From: a virus
Lineage: Duplodnaviria > Caudoviricetes
Length of the DNA stretch: 64,000 nt
Direction: 5' to 3' (one strand)
IMG/VR virus record: IMGVR_UViG_2887723448_000002
Location: 3,151-67,150 of that record
Shown: positions 1-8,718 of the stretch, in pieces
Position numbering within the stretch: position 1 is the first letter of the stretch
Layout: every line of letters begins with the position of its first letter
Program-made: the position numbers and the translations under genes
Notes under the pieces: generated by a model
Seen by the model: only the letters and a program-made list of their open reading frames with translations
What the model was told of the DNA's origin: nothing
Databases searched by the model: none

Positions 1-633
1 GGAGAGACGCATGCCTGTTTCGCCTATACCCAGTCGGACGAGATTTCACTTGGTTACTGGAATGTTTCTCCTGAGAGCGAGATGATGTTCGACGGCAGAA
101 TCCAGAAGCTCTGCTCGGTGCTGGCTGGCCTCGCCACGGCGAAATTCAATCAGGAAGTCGGTCATAGGATGCCAGAGAAAGCCCACCTTCTGCCGGCCTT
201 CGATGCCCGCGTATTCAACATGCCGAGCCTAGACGAGATGGTCAACTGCATCCTATTCCGGGCGCTGGACTGCGCCAAGAACTCGATCACAATGGCGGCG
301 TCGGCCTACTACAGCCACAAGGATTTACACGCCAAGAACAGTTCCGACAAACACGAGATGCTGCACGTGAAGGGCGTCAACTGGGCGAACTACCCGGCCT
401 TCTTCAAGGACGGAACGTTTCTGAGGCGCGAACTTGTGGTGAAGGAGTTATCGGCAGAAGAGTTGGCGCGAATTCCCGAAAAGCATCGCCCGGTCGGACC
501 AGTGCAGCGCAGTCAGGTGGCGGAGGTTGATATGCCACCGTTCGCTAGGATCGCCAACCCCAAGGGAGTGCTGTTCTATGGAGAGGCGCCGGTTGCCAAG
601 TCGGATCGGCTGACCGCTATAAGCGCAGGCTGA
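1..633 (+). CDS. thg1: tRNA(His) guanylyltransferase Thg1-like protein (3'-5' polymerase family), 5' end outside window
   Basis: Frame 1 is open from base 1 and reads ...AYTQSDEISL...MFDGRIQKLCS...FDARVFNMP...KNSITMAA...SHKDLHAK...NWANYPAFFKDG, matching the Thg1/TLP motifs (QSDE-x-S, FDGR, FD-x-R, NSI, SHK). Confidence 0.85.
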   Translation, partial: GETHACFAYTQSDEISLGYWNVSPESEMMFDGRIQKLCSVLAGLATAKFNQEVGHRMPEKAHLLPAFDARVFNMPSLDEMVNCILFRALDCAKNSITMAASAYYSHKDLHAKNSSDKHEMLHVKGVNWANYPAFFKDGTFLRRELVVKELSAEELARIPEKHRPVGPVQRSQVAEVDMPPFARIANPKGVLFYGEAPVAKSDRLTAISAG

Positions 634-659
634 TGGATCGTCGCCAATAGCGAGAGGAG

Positions 660-869
660 ATGAGTATGATCAAGTACTTCATCAGCTACACGAATGGGCC
701 AAAACCGGGCGATCCGGCGGCCGTGACACACGGCGTAGGCCGATGCGACATAACAACGGATGCACCGATCACGAGTTGTGACCGCGTTTTCGACATAGAA
801 AGAGCCATCATCGAGAGACATGGCTTTGCATGGTGCGTAGTCACAAACTGGCAACGCTTCGAAGAGTAA
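660..869 (+). CDS. hypothetical protein (69 aa)
   Basis: GAGGAG SD upstream; stop overlaps the next start (TAATG). Confidence 0.6.
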   Translation: MSMIKYFISYTNGPKPGDPAAVTHGVGRCDITTDAPITSCDRVFDIERAIIERHGFAWCVVTNWQRFEE

Positions 870-1528
870 TGCCCAAAGCACCCGGCATCCCCTTCGCCCG
901 CCCCATTGAAGCATCGGACCTGATGATAGCCGCAGCGCACAAGACGCCCTTCTCGGACCCGGAATTCCTGTTCGAGTGGAAATACGACGGCTATCGCTGT
1001 CTCGTGCGAAAAGGCGATCGCATCGAACTGATATCGCGCAATGGCAACTCGCTCAACGCGTCGTTCCCTGACGTCGTAGATGCTGTCGCAGCCGTACCGG
1101 GCTCATTCGTATGGGATAGCGAGCTGACCGTGGACGATGCCCGGGCCGCGTCCTTTCAGCACTTGCAGACCCGCGCTAGGACGACTCGCAATGCGCGAGC
1201 AGCGGCACGCAAACACCCGGCGAGGTTCTACGTGTTCGATATGCTAGCAACCACGCGAGATATACGGGGACTTCCGCTGATCGAGCGTAAGCGGTTCCTG
1301 CGGGACTCGTTCGATGACTCGGATGCGCTGGTCTACGCGAGTGGGATTGTCGGGGCTGGCCTAGAAGTCTTCGAGCTCGTCAAGCGGCACGGCTTTGAAG
1401 GCATGGTCGCGAAGAGGTTGCAGTCGACGTATCAGAAAGGTCGGTCGCGCGACTGGCTCAAGATCAAATGGGCCGGGTACGGTCGACAGGGGTTTGGAAG
1501 GAGCCTTACGCCGCCACTGAAACAATAG
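869..1528 (+). CDS. ATP-dependent DNA ligase, adenylation domain only
   Basis: Motifs EWKYDGYR (I), WDSEL (III), YVFDML (IIIa), EGMVAK (IV), WLKIK (V); ends about 18 aa after motif V, so no OB domain. Start set at the TAATG overlap. Confidence 0.85.
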   Translation: MPKAPGIPFARPIEASDLMIAAAHKTPFSDPEFLFEWKYDGYRCLVRKGDRIELISRNGNSLNASFPDVVDAVAAVPGSFVWDSELTVDDARAASFQHLQTRARTTRNARAAARKHPARFYVFDMLATTRDIRGLPLIERKRFLRDSFDDSDALVYASGIVGAGLEVFELVKRHGFEGMVAKRLQSTYQKGRSRDWLKIKWAGYGRQGFGRSLTPPLKQ

Positions 1529-2243
1529 GCTTGATGTCCAACGCCGCGGCAATTTTCTCACATCGAGCCTGCACCATACCCATGTCGTGATCCGAAAAGC
1601 TGCCCGCACCGGGCCACTGCTTTACTGGAATGACTTCGAAGCCAGCGCTTTGCAGCCAGACGTGATCCTGTTGCGGCCGAGCCTGCCAGCGCGGATCGAT
1701 CCACGGCCACGCCGCCCATGAGTCGGCTCCGTTGAGCACGCAGACCATGCCCGCTAGTTCAGCGGCGTACGTCGCGTAGAACTGCGCATCGCAAAACTTG
1801 GGCGCTTCAAAGCTCCACAAGCCGCCGATCTGGTGAGCCGGCAGGAACAGCGGTGTCAGGTGAGTGCGGCTCGCGCCCAAACTGTGCCCGCACACGGAGA
1901 AGACCGAGCCGGCCGGCGCAACCGACAAGGCCCAATCCCACACCTCTTGCATGCCTGATATAACGCCTTCGGTGACGGTTCCGCCTTTAACCGGATGCGG
2001 ATCAAGAGAGACGTCATCGAAGACATCCAGCAGCTTTAGACTGGATGCGCGCGTGCCCGAGATGCTGAGATGCGTTGTACCAGACGGGTCAACCGAGATC
2101 ACCGCCTGGTTATTTGCATCGCTGAAGATGGAGCTCCACACGTCGCCCAGCGCCTCGAAAGCCGCCTTCGACTGCGCGGCATCTTCGATATAGGCGGCGT
2201 TGGCCCGCTTGGCCGCGGCGGCGGTTGCGGACCAGTCAATCAT
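1506..2243 (-). CDS. class 3 lipase-like alpha/beta hydrolase
   Basis: Nucleophile elbow CGHSLGAS, FEAPK (cf. FGxPR), candidate Asp (GADSW) and His (SDHDM). Confidence 0.8.
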   Translation of the reverse strand: MIDWSATAAAAKRANAAYIEDAAQSKAAFEALGDVWSSIFSDANNQAVISVDPSGTTHLSISGTRASSLKLLDVFDDVSLDPHPVKGGTVTEGVISGMQEVWDWALSVAPAGSVFSVCGHSLGASRTHLTPLFLPAHQIGGLWSFEAPKFCDAQFYATYAAELAGMVCVLNGADSWAAWPWIDPRWQARPQQDHVWLQSAGFEVIPVKQWPGAGSFSDHDMGMVQARCEKIAAALDIKPIVSVAA

Positions 2244-2554
2244 TTTGCCGCCGACGACGCAGCGACAGGCGCCGATGCAGCGGTCGCTGCGATGGCCTTG
2301 TTCACAGCGCAGAATGCGCCGTTACTCAATGCAACAACGCTGAGCGACGGATCCGCCACCGCGGCGGCAGTGACAACGGCTTGACCGACCGGACACGCTG
2401 CATTTACTGACGCGGCGGTAGTCTGGAGCGCGCCGACTGCGGCGCTATTTACGGTCGCAACATTGGTTGCTGCGGTCTGGATTTGCGCGGCCGAGCATGC
2501 GCCGAGAGCGATAGACGCGATGAGGCCTGCCGTGAGGCACAGTTTCTTGAACAT
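2240..2554 (-). CDS. Ala-rich putative lipoprotein
   Basis: MFKKLCLTAGLIASIALGA-C lipobox; GGAG-like SD; ATGA coupling to the lipase gene. Confidence 0.7.
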   Translation of the reverse strand: MFKKLCLTAGLIASIALGACSAAQIQTAATNVATVNSAAVGALQTTAASVNAACPVGQAVVTAAAVADPSLSVVALSNGAFCAVNKAIAATAASAPVAASSAAK

Positions 2555-2577
2555 GGTGATTCCTTCGAGAGGTGGAG

Positions 2578-2700
2578 TTACTGGTAAAAATGGATGGGGA
2601 TGAAACGACAATCCCATGCGGAGACGTGCTCTACGCAGGACGTCGCGCACGCAGACAGACAGAGCACCGCGAGCGCGGCGACGAGGGCTAGGCGCTTCAT
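2578..2700 (-). CDS. small putative lipoprotein (40 aa)
   Basis: MKRLALVAALAVLCLSA-C lipobox. Confidence 0.55.
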   Translation of the reverse strand: MKRLALVAALAVLCLSACATSCVEHVSAWDCRFIPIHFYQ

Positions 2701-2731
2701 GGGAGCCTCAGGGATAAAGACTGCGGGGATT

Positions 2732-2938
2732 TCAGAAGCGCACTGTCGCGCCGACCTTGACCGCCACACCCTCGGCGCCCTTGTTCACGGCGAGCGAGAG
2801 GCTTGTCGAGCGATTCGGCTCTACCAGCAGAACGCAGCAGCCGAGCTCGGCATCCGGGCCGAGGGTGGGCAAAACTTGGGCGTGTTCGACGACCGCGCAG
2901 CCAGACAGCAGCAGTGCCGCGAGTGCGACGCGGATCAC
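2732..2938 (-). CDS. small putative lipoprotein (68 aa)
   Basis: MIRVALAALLLSG-C lipobox; ATGA overlap with the upstream gene. Confidence 0.6.
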   Translation of the reverse strand: MIRVALAALLLSGCAVVEHAQVLPTLGPDAELGCCVLLVEPNRSTSLSLAVNKGAEGVAVKVGATVRF

Positions 2939-3153
2939 TGCGCGGGCGTGGCGGGCTGCGTCGCTACCGGCTTCGCCGCACGCGACGCGAGCCAGTTATA
3001 GCCGGCATGAAGTCCCATCACGACTGCGCCGGCGACCAGCCCGGAGAGATTTGCCGGGGGCAAACCATGAAACCCGCTGATGGCCCAGTTGATCGTCGGG
3101 ACTAGATCGGTCGCGCTAACCGTGAGACCGCCGCTGATGATTGCTTTGTTCAT
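2935..3153 (-). CDS. small membrane protein (holin-like possible)
   Basis: 72 aa with hydrophobic segment LSGLVAGAVVMGLHAGYNWL and a basic/Pro-rich tail. Confidence 0.55.
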   Translation of the reverse strand: MNKAIISGGLTVSATDLVPTINWAISGFHGLPPANLSGLVAGAVVMGLHAGYNWLASRAAKPVATQPATPAQ

Positions 3154-3161
3154 AGATGCTC

Positions 3162-3794
3162 CTATGCGGGTTGGTGAGTCGATGCTCGGACCTTCGACGC
3201 TGCCAGATGCTCGGCCAGCAGCTCGGCCTGGAAGCGCGCTACGGCATCCGGATCTGTGAAGACAGACTGGGTGTTGTTCTGCGCCTTGTAGCCAACGCCA
3301 CCGGGGGCGCCCTTGACGACGAACGTGCCCTCGCCTGACGCACTCCAGTTGGTCGAGCCCTCCGCGCCGACCTTGCCATCTGCCACGAATCCCTTGGTAT
3401 GGCTGATCTGGTGCGTCGAGGACTGCCCGATCACGAAGTGCGTCGAGAAGCCGATCGGGTCTTGCGCAGCATCCGAGGCGAGCAGCTTTCTTTCGTGCAC
3501 GCCGCCGGCCTGCGACTTGTCGAGCGTGATGACGCAGGTAATCGACGGGTCGTGAACGATCTTCATGATCAGCTCGTTGAGCTCGTCGTCGTCATACCCG
3601 AACATGTTCAAGTAGAGCGAGACGGTCACGCGCGACAGGATGTGTTTGAGGATGTCGTGCACATCGTCGCGGCCGACGTAGTACAAGTGGAAGTCCTTCG
3701 ACGCGTTGGGCGAATAGGCGCCCTCCTTCGTGTACGGAGCAAGCTCGAGAAGGTCGAAGGTCTGAAGCGTCGGAGAAAGGATTTTTGTTCTCAT
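3162..3794 (-). CDS. single-HKD phospholipase D / Nuc-family protein
   Basis: SHTKGFVADGKVGAEGSTNWS = HxKxxxxD-x6-GSxN; only one copy of the motif. Confidence 0.8.
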   Translation of the reverse strand: MRTKILSPTLQTFDLLELAPYTKEGAYSPNASKDFHLYYVGRDDVHDILKHILSRVTVSLYLNMFGYDDDELNELIMKIVHDPSITCVITLDKSQAGGVHERKLLASDAAQDPIGFSTHFVIGQSSTHQISHTKGFVADGKVGAEGSTNWSASGEGTFVVKGAPGGVGYKAQNNTQSVFTDPDAVARFQAELLAEHLAASKVRASTHQPA

Positions 3795-3846
3795 GGCCTT
3801 GAACGAAAAAACCCGCCCGAAGGCGGCATGTTTGAGTGATTGGAGA

Positions 3847-4179
3847 TCAGCGCTGCTGGCAGACGATCTGCATAGAGCGCGTATCGGTGCGCCCTTGATT
3901 CGTGGTGAACTCGAAATGCACGTTGTAGGTCGCGCCGAGTGTCCCGCCCGAAAGCCAGGCGACTAGCAAGCTCGCCGGCACGCCGTTCGAATTGGCATTG
4001 ATGCTGCTATTCAGCACGCTAATCCCGTCGTCTGCCGTGACGACGAGATTCGTTACTTGCTCCCCCACTGCGAGCCACGGCTTGATGAGTTGCGTCGCGG
4101 ATGGGCTGAGATCGAACCCGTAATCAAGGTCGGCGCTCGGGTCTTTGGGAATGACCGGGATGTTCACTGGGTAGGCCAT
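3847..4179 (-). CDS. putative phage fibre-tail adaptor protein
   Basis: KDPSADLDYGFDL...W...AWLSGGT...Y.V...TNQGRTDTRS pattern typical of this small adaptor family. Confidence 0.6.
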   Translation of the reverse strand: MAYPVNIPVIPKDPSADLDYGFDLSPSATQLIKPWLAVGEQVTNLVVTADDGISVLNSSINANSNGVPASLLVAWLSGGTLGATYNVHFEFTTNQGRTDTRSMQIVCQQR

Positions 4180-4187
4180 GAAAATTC

Positions 4188-5600
4188 CTATGCGGCAACT
4201 GCGATGATTCGGGTCTCGGCCGATAGCGACAAGACGCGTGTTTCGGCTGTCATGCTGAATATTCTGGTTTCCGCGCGGACCGAGACAATGACGGGCAGCA
4301 CGGGCGAATAGTTTCTGTTGGTGGCAGCACCTGACGCAGACAGTGGCCCGAGCGCGCCCGACACCATGGCCTGCGTGGCCGCGATATCCACGGCCTGGAC
4401 GCTTGTCGACAACGCGCCGAGAGCCGATGCGCCGGCCGCGCCGGATTGCTGCGTTGCTGCGCCTGAGCCGAGAAGCAGGAGCGAGCTTGCAGCGATAGCC
4501 GAGCGAGCCTGCGCGACGCTTCCCGCCGAGCCTAATGCCCCGAATGCGCCCGAGACCGAGCCCGTGCGCCACGCTGCAACAGATCCGCTCGACGAGAGAG
4601 CCCCGAGCACGCCTGATGCCGTAGCGGCGTCCGGTACGATAGTCGAAGCGGATGCGCTAGACGACAGAGCGCCCAACACGCTTGACGAGGTGCCCGACTG
4701 CGACCGGTTCGCGGTGGCAGACGTGGACAGCGACAGCGTGCTTGAGGCAGCCGCAGATGTCGCCTGAGTGGCGGTGGCTGAACTTGCCAGTACCCCTAGC
4801 GTCGAGGAAACAGCCGCCGATCGAGATCTGGTTGCCGTTGTCGAAGACGACAGTCCGCCGAGCGACGAGATAGCAACGGCCGCTGCGGCGACTACTGCCG
4901 TGGCTTGCGATGCCACGCCGCCGAGCGAAGCGGAGCCGGTAGCTGATCGAGTGCGCGTGGCAACAACTGACGATGACAATCCACCCAGCGTAGACGCCGC
5001 AACTGCGGTAGCGCTCGAGCTAGCTAAGACCTTCGCAGCCTGGATCGCAACGTTGGAGTTGTTATTCAGGCCCGCCGCCTGCAGCGTCAGCGCGATCGTT
5101 AGCGTCTGGCCCGACGAATTGGCCGCGTAAGTGAGCGTCGAAACCTTGTCCTGCGAGACATTGGCAGCAGGCGGAGTTGGCGTGTGAGTGATGGGCGCCG
5201 CGCTTCCATCCGACAACGTCGCAGTGAGCTGACCGCCGCCACTGTAAGTCGGCCAGTAGACGACAACCGTGCGCGGGGTTGTATCGGCCAACACAGTGAA
5301 TTGCAGGCCCTGCCCCGCTGCTGCGGTCCCCGAGGAGGCGGAGGCGTAGATGCCGTCACTGGAGTTGGTGGCCGCCGCCATCGGCGTGCCGTCCGTCCAC
5401 GTGATCAGCGTGGCGTCGCCGCTGTACCACTGCGCGTTGACCGCGCCGATGACAGTCGGCAGACCAAACAGCGATCCGCCACCGGCCTTGCGATTGGGCG
5501 CCGTCCAGGACTGCGGGAACTGGATCCAGTCAGTCTGAGCCGGCGACGAGAGATTGGCAGATACCGCGCCAATAACTGTTGAGCCCGTTAATGTGCCCAC
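4188..5600 (-). CDS. Ser/Ala-rich repetitive virion fibre-like protein
   Basis: Beta-rich N-terminal domain, then about 11 imperfect ~21-aa repeats (S-x-LG-x-L-x-S) and a short C-terminal ETR-repeat segment; GTG start. Confidence 0.6.
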   Translation of the reverse strand: MGTLTGSTVIGAVSANLSSPAQTDWIQFPQSWTAPNRKAGGGSLFGLPTVIGAVNAQWYSGDATLITWTDGTPMAAATNSSDGIYASASSGTAAAGQGLQFTVLADTTPRTVVVYWPTYSGGGQLTATLSDGSAAPITHTPTPPAANVSQDKVSTLTYAANSSGQTLTIALTLQAAGLNNNSNVAIQAAKVLASSSATAVAASTLGGLSSSVVATRTRSATGSASLGGVASQATAVVAAAAVAISSLGGLSSSTTATRSRSAAVSSTLGVLASSATATQATSAAASSTLSLSTSATANRSQSGTSSSVLGALSSSASASTIVPDAATASGVLGALSSSGSVAAWRTGSVSGAFGALGSAGSVAQARSAIAASSLLLLGSGAATQQSGAAGASALGALSTSVQAVDIAATQAMVSGALGPLSASGAATNRNYSPVLPVIVSVRAETRIFSMTAETRVLSLSAETRIIAVAA

Positions 5601-5633
5601 GTCTCAACCCTCAAAGGTCAGTGCTTGTTCGAA

Positions 5634-6197
5634 TCAAACAGCCGGCATTTTCATCGTCTGCGTAAGCGAGACAGGCACGCCAAGCTGGATGATCGGATTC
5701 GAGATGAGAGCGTCGAATAGCTGGCCGGCGCCCTGGTATGTCCAGACTGCCGTACCATCGGTAAAGGTCGTCGTGCCGCTCGGCGTCGTGCCGCTCGATG
5801 TGCCCGCGGTCGTGCATTTGTAGGTGTTGCCGCCTGACAGGCAATACTGGCCCAGTACCACCGCTTGCGACGCGATCCACGCAGACCCGACCGTGAAATC
5901 ACCCTCGACCGAGGTGCCGTCCGATTTGTAGCCGCGCGCGAACGTGCATGAGCCGCCAGCAACGGGGTTATACGAGCCAGCAGTAAAGCTTGCGGTCGTG
6001 ACCATGTTCGGGGCGCTGAAAGCTGGCGCACCGTAGGCGGTTGCCGAGTAGACGCCCGTGCACAACGTCGTGTTGCCGCTCAATGCGGTTTCGGGTGTGA
6101 CGGGCATCGCGCCACTCAGCAAAACAAGCGAGCCGCTGTTGTACAACGCGCAATAGGCTGAAAGTGCGACGCCTACGCCAGCTTGAGACGGGTTCAT
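5634..6197 (-). CDS. putative virion protein with carbohydrate-binding-module-like insert
   Basis: GGAG SD; AWIASQAVVLGQY...GGNTYKCTTAGTS...DGTAVWTY resembles CBM5/12-like segments in phage structural proteins. Confidence 0.6.
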   Translation of the reverse strand: MNPSQAGVGVALSAYCALYNSGSLVLLSGAMPVTPETALSGNTTLCTGVYSATAYGAPAFSAPNMVTTASFTAGSYNPVAGGSCTFARGYKSDGTSVEGDFTVGSAWIASQAVVLGQYCLSGGNTYKCTTAGTSSGTTPSGTTTFTDGTAVWTYQGAGQLFDALISNPIIQLGVPVSLTQTMKMPAV

Positions 6198-6424
6198 ATT
6201 TGCTCCAGAAAGCAAAAAACCGCCTCAAGGGCGGCTCAGTGGTGAGGGATTACGGGGAATTAACGAGCAACTATCGTTTCGCCTAGGTAATTCGATTCGG
6301 CGCGACGGGTATTCTCTGCGTGCGCACATTGCCCCGTGCGCAAGCCTTGGACGCGCCCCACACTTTTTCCGAGGTTGGGGCGTCTTTTTATGTGGCGCAC
6401 TGTCGAGCACGAGGCGCGAAAGCA

Positions 6425-6961
6425 TCAACAACCAAGCACCTTCTTTGCCGCCGCATACAGCGCTTGCCTCGTCTCAAGCCCATTGGTGCCGCCGTTGATC
6501 CGCTTCGAGATCGTCACGAACTGCTGTTGATCGGCCAGCGCATTCAGTCCGCGATTGCTCCACCACCAGGCGGCCGAGCGCGCGGCGTTCACGGGCGTCT
6601 CAAGCAACTCTGGATGGTTCGATAGGTCGAGTTCGAGCCCCAGCGACGCGAGCAGGTAATTGCGCCGGCCCGTGATTTGAATCAAGCCTCTGCCGCGAAA
6701 GAGAAGGCCATCGCCAGGAAACGTATTGCCGAGGTCCGCCCTGCCTTCGTATCCAAGCTGTGCGGGCGTCGGTCCCCAGATTTCAGCGACGTACTCGAGG
6801 TGCTCGGACTCGCACCCGACTTGCGCGAGGAATGCGGAGAGGCGCAGCGGCGTGTTGATCTCGTAGCGATCGCAGGCGGTTTGTAGCGGGGCGACCCACT
6901 GCGCCGCGCGCAGCACCGTCGAACCGCAGGACGCAGCGATGATCGGCGCGGTGAGGTTCAT
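6425..6961 (-). CDS. glycoside hydrolase family 19 endolysin
   Basis: AFLAQVGCES...E...G...FRGRGLIQITGRRNY...AWWW...INGGTNGLETR. Confidence 0.92.
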   Translation of the reverse strand: MNLTAPIIAASCGSTVLRAAQWVAPLQTACDRYEINTPLRLSAFLAQVGCESEHLEYVAEIWGPTPAQLGYEGRADLGNTFPGDGLLFRGRGLIQITGRRNYLLASLGLELDLSNHPELLETPVNAARSAAWWWSNRGLNALADQQQFVTISKRINGGTNGLETRQALYAAAKKVLGC

Positions 6962-7179
6962 TTGAAAAACACCTCGATCACCCTCATCGCCCCATCCCGC
7001 CCAACGATGGCGATCAGCGCCAGGAAATAGAGGACGTACTCGACGCGCTGCATGCGCTTATCGCCGCGCTTGAACCTGTCGAGGATGCCTTGGTAACGCT
7101 CCGCGCAAACCGCCTCGTGGACTTCGATGCGCTTCTCGTTATCGGCGATGGCGGCTTGCGTGTCGTCGTGGTTCGTCAT
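6958..7179 (-). CDS. holin-like / XhlA-like membrane protein
   Basis: Coiled N-terminus (HEAVCAERY), C-terminal TM segment VLYFLALIAIVG; ATGA-coupled to the endolysin. Confidence 0.6.
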   Translation of the reverse strand: MTNHDDTQAAIADNEKRIEVHEAVCAERYQGILDRFKRGDKRMQRVEYVLYFLALIAIVGRDGAMRVIEVFFK

Positions 7180-7497
7180 TGGTCGATGGCCCGTGCAAAT
7201 GAAAAAGCCGCCCTGGTAGGCGGCTGGTGGTCGAAATCGTGGTGCTTGATACCCGGGTCGCGAAACCATGGCGATCCAGTGCAAAGGCTTGTGCAGCTTG
7301 GGGCCACCCCAGTCGGCGGCGCGGAAATAAAAAAGGCCCTCGGGGTTACCCGAGAGCCTTCGATCTACCTATTCCGTGCCCTCCAACTGGGCCGGAATAT
7401 GGCTTGCCACACCCCGTTAAAGAGAGTCGTGTTAGGGCGTAAATTACCAGATTTCCGGGTATTTGAATAAGTGGTTTTGGGGCACTAATTGCGGATG

Positions 7498-8082
7498 TCA
7501 GCCGGTGGGAGGCTTGCGGCGGGACTTCTGAAGCGAAAACCGCGAGTTCTTTGACGGCGGGAAGGTGCCTTCAGTGGATGCGGGGCCGACGTCTTGGGCG
7601 GGCGCGGGCTTGGCGCGAAACTTCGGCTTCAAATGCTCGTGCTCCGGCTTGACTTGACCCGTGTCGTCGAGGATGCCGGTTTGCTTGCCTATCTGGACCA
7701 TCTCCACGATGGGCTCCATCGCCTCTGCCAAGTTTCCTTGCGCGATAGCCTGCCCGAATCTTCGGGTGATATCGCGGAATTGTTGCGTCACCTTGTTTGA
7801 GGAGCTTGGGTCCAGGTCGAGTGACAGCACCATCATATTTGCCACGCGCTCAAGTAAGCGCCTCTGAACGTCGATTATTTGCTTCTGAGCCTCTGAGGCT
7901 GCCACGAATGTCTTGAGGGCAGCCTCCGTCTGCTTGTGAGCAGAGGACTCGGAGAACGAGTCCTCCAGCCTCCGAACGATTTCAAGGTTAAGCGAGCGTC
8001 GCGCGCCCTCTGAGGCTGCATCTAGCCGGCCCTTCAACTCCTGCGGCATGCGAATGTTGACCTGGGGATCGCTTCTAGCCAT
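7498..8082 (-). CDS. Arc-family (ribbon-helix-helix) regulator with long C-terminal extension
   Basis: N-terminus MARSDPQVNIRMPQELKGRLDAASEGARRSLNLEIVRRLEDS is a typical Arc-like domain. Confidence 0.8.
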   Translation of the reverse strand: MARSDPQVNIRMPQELKGRLDAASEGARRSLNLEIVRRLEDSFSESSAHKQTEAALKTFVAASEAQKQIIDVQRRLLERVANMMVLSLDLDPSSSNKVTQQFRDITRRFGQAIAQGNLAEAMEPIVEMVQIGKQTGILDDTGQVKPEHEHLKPKFRAKPAPAQDVGPASTEGTFPPSKNSRFSLQKSRRKPPTG

Positions 8083-8105
8083 TTCAGTTTGCCGTAAAAA
8101 AGTTC

Positions 8106-8162
8106 TTGCTCAAGTGCTACTACAGTAGTAGTCTCGGTCCTGTGCTAGCTAAATAGTAGCAC
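8106..8162 (+). promoter_or_regulatory. candidate promoter and two palindromic operators between divergent Arc genes
   Basis: CTACTAC-A-GTAGTAG (8117-8131) and GTGCTA-N9-TAGCAC (8142-8162); TTGCTC-17-TAGTCT overlaps the first. Confidence 0.5.
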
Positions 8163-8189
8163 GCAAGAACAGATAACCCGGAGAAACCG

Positions 8190-8360
8190 ATGGATTCCGA
8201 ACCCACCATGACGACAACGCTTCGAATGCCGGTTTCGATGAACCAGGCAATCAAGCACGAAGCGATCGACAACCGCCGCTCCCTCAACAGCGAATTGCTG
8301 CATCGCCTGCAACGCACGCTGGATGAAGACAAGCAGCCGGATGACGAAAAAGCGGACTGA
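8190..8360 (+). CDS. small Arc-family DNA-binding protein (56 aa, missing from the ORF track)
   Basis: Hand translation MDSEPTMTTTLRMPVSMNQAIKHEAIDNRRSLNSELLHRLQRTLDEDK...; GGAG SD. Confidence 0.75.
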   Translation: MDSEPTMTTTLRMPVSMNQAIKHEAIDNRRSLNSELLHRLQRTLDEDKQPDDEKAD

Positions 8361-8436
8361 AAAAGAAAAGCCCCGAACGACTTCTTGGCGGTCGACGTTC
8401 AGGGCCTTGGCGCAGCAACCCATAGAGGGCCACAAC

Positions 8437-8718
8437 ATGTCAAATACTAGCACAGCAGAATCTATCCGCAAGTCGGATGTCAACGCCAAACTCCTCGCCC
8501 TCTTCCGCGCGGAATCGAAGTACACCGCGGAACTCTGGACGATCCTTCAGGAACTGCGCCTCTGGGCCGCCGTCGAGGGTATCGCCCTACCCGACTTTGC
8601 GAAGCCGAACCGCACGCTCTACATCGACCGCTTCGACGAGGTCAATGATCGGCACACTGCGGCCGAGAACTTCCTGTCGGGCCGGAACACTGATGTTCGT
8701 TCGCTTGAGTTGCACTGA
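8437..8718 (+). CDS. hypothetical protein
   Basis: GAGG SD; stop overlaps the next start. Confidence 0.6.
   Translation: MSNTSTAESIRKSDVNAKLLALFRAESKYTAELWTILQELRLWAAVEGIALPDFAKPNRTLYIDRFDEVNDRHTAAENFLSGRNTDVRSLELH

Noticed and set aside
4300-5050. Ser/Ala repeats as a possible DGR or CRISPR-like array
   Set aside because: Repeats are degenerate and protein-level only; no identical DNA repeats with spacers, no reverse transcriptase and no cas genes in the window.
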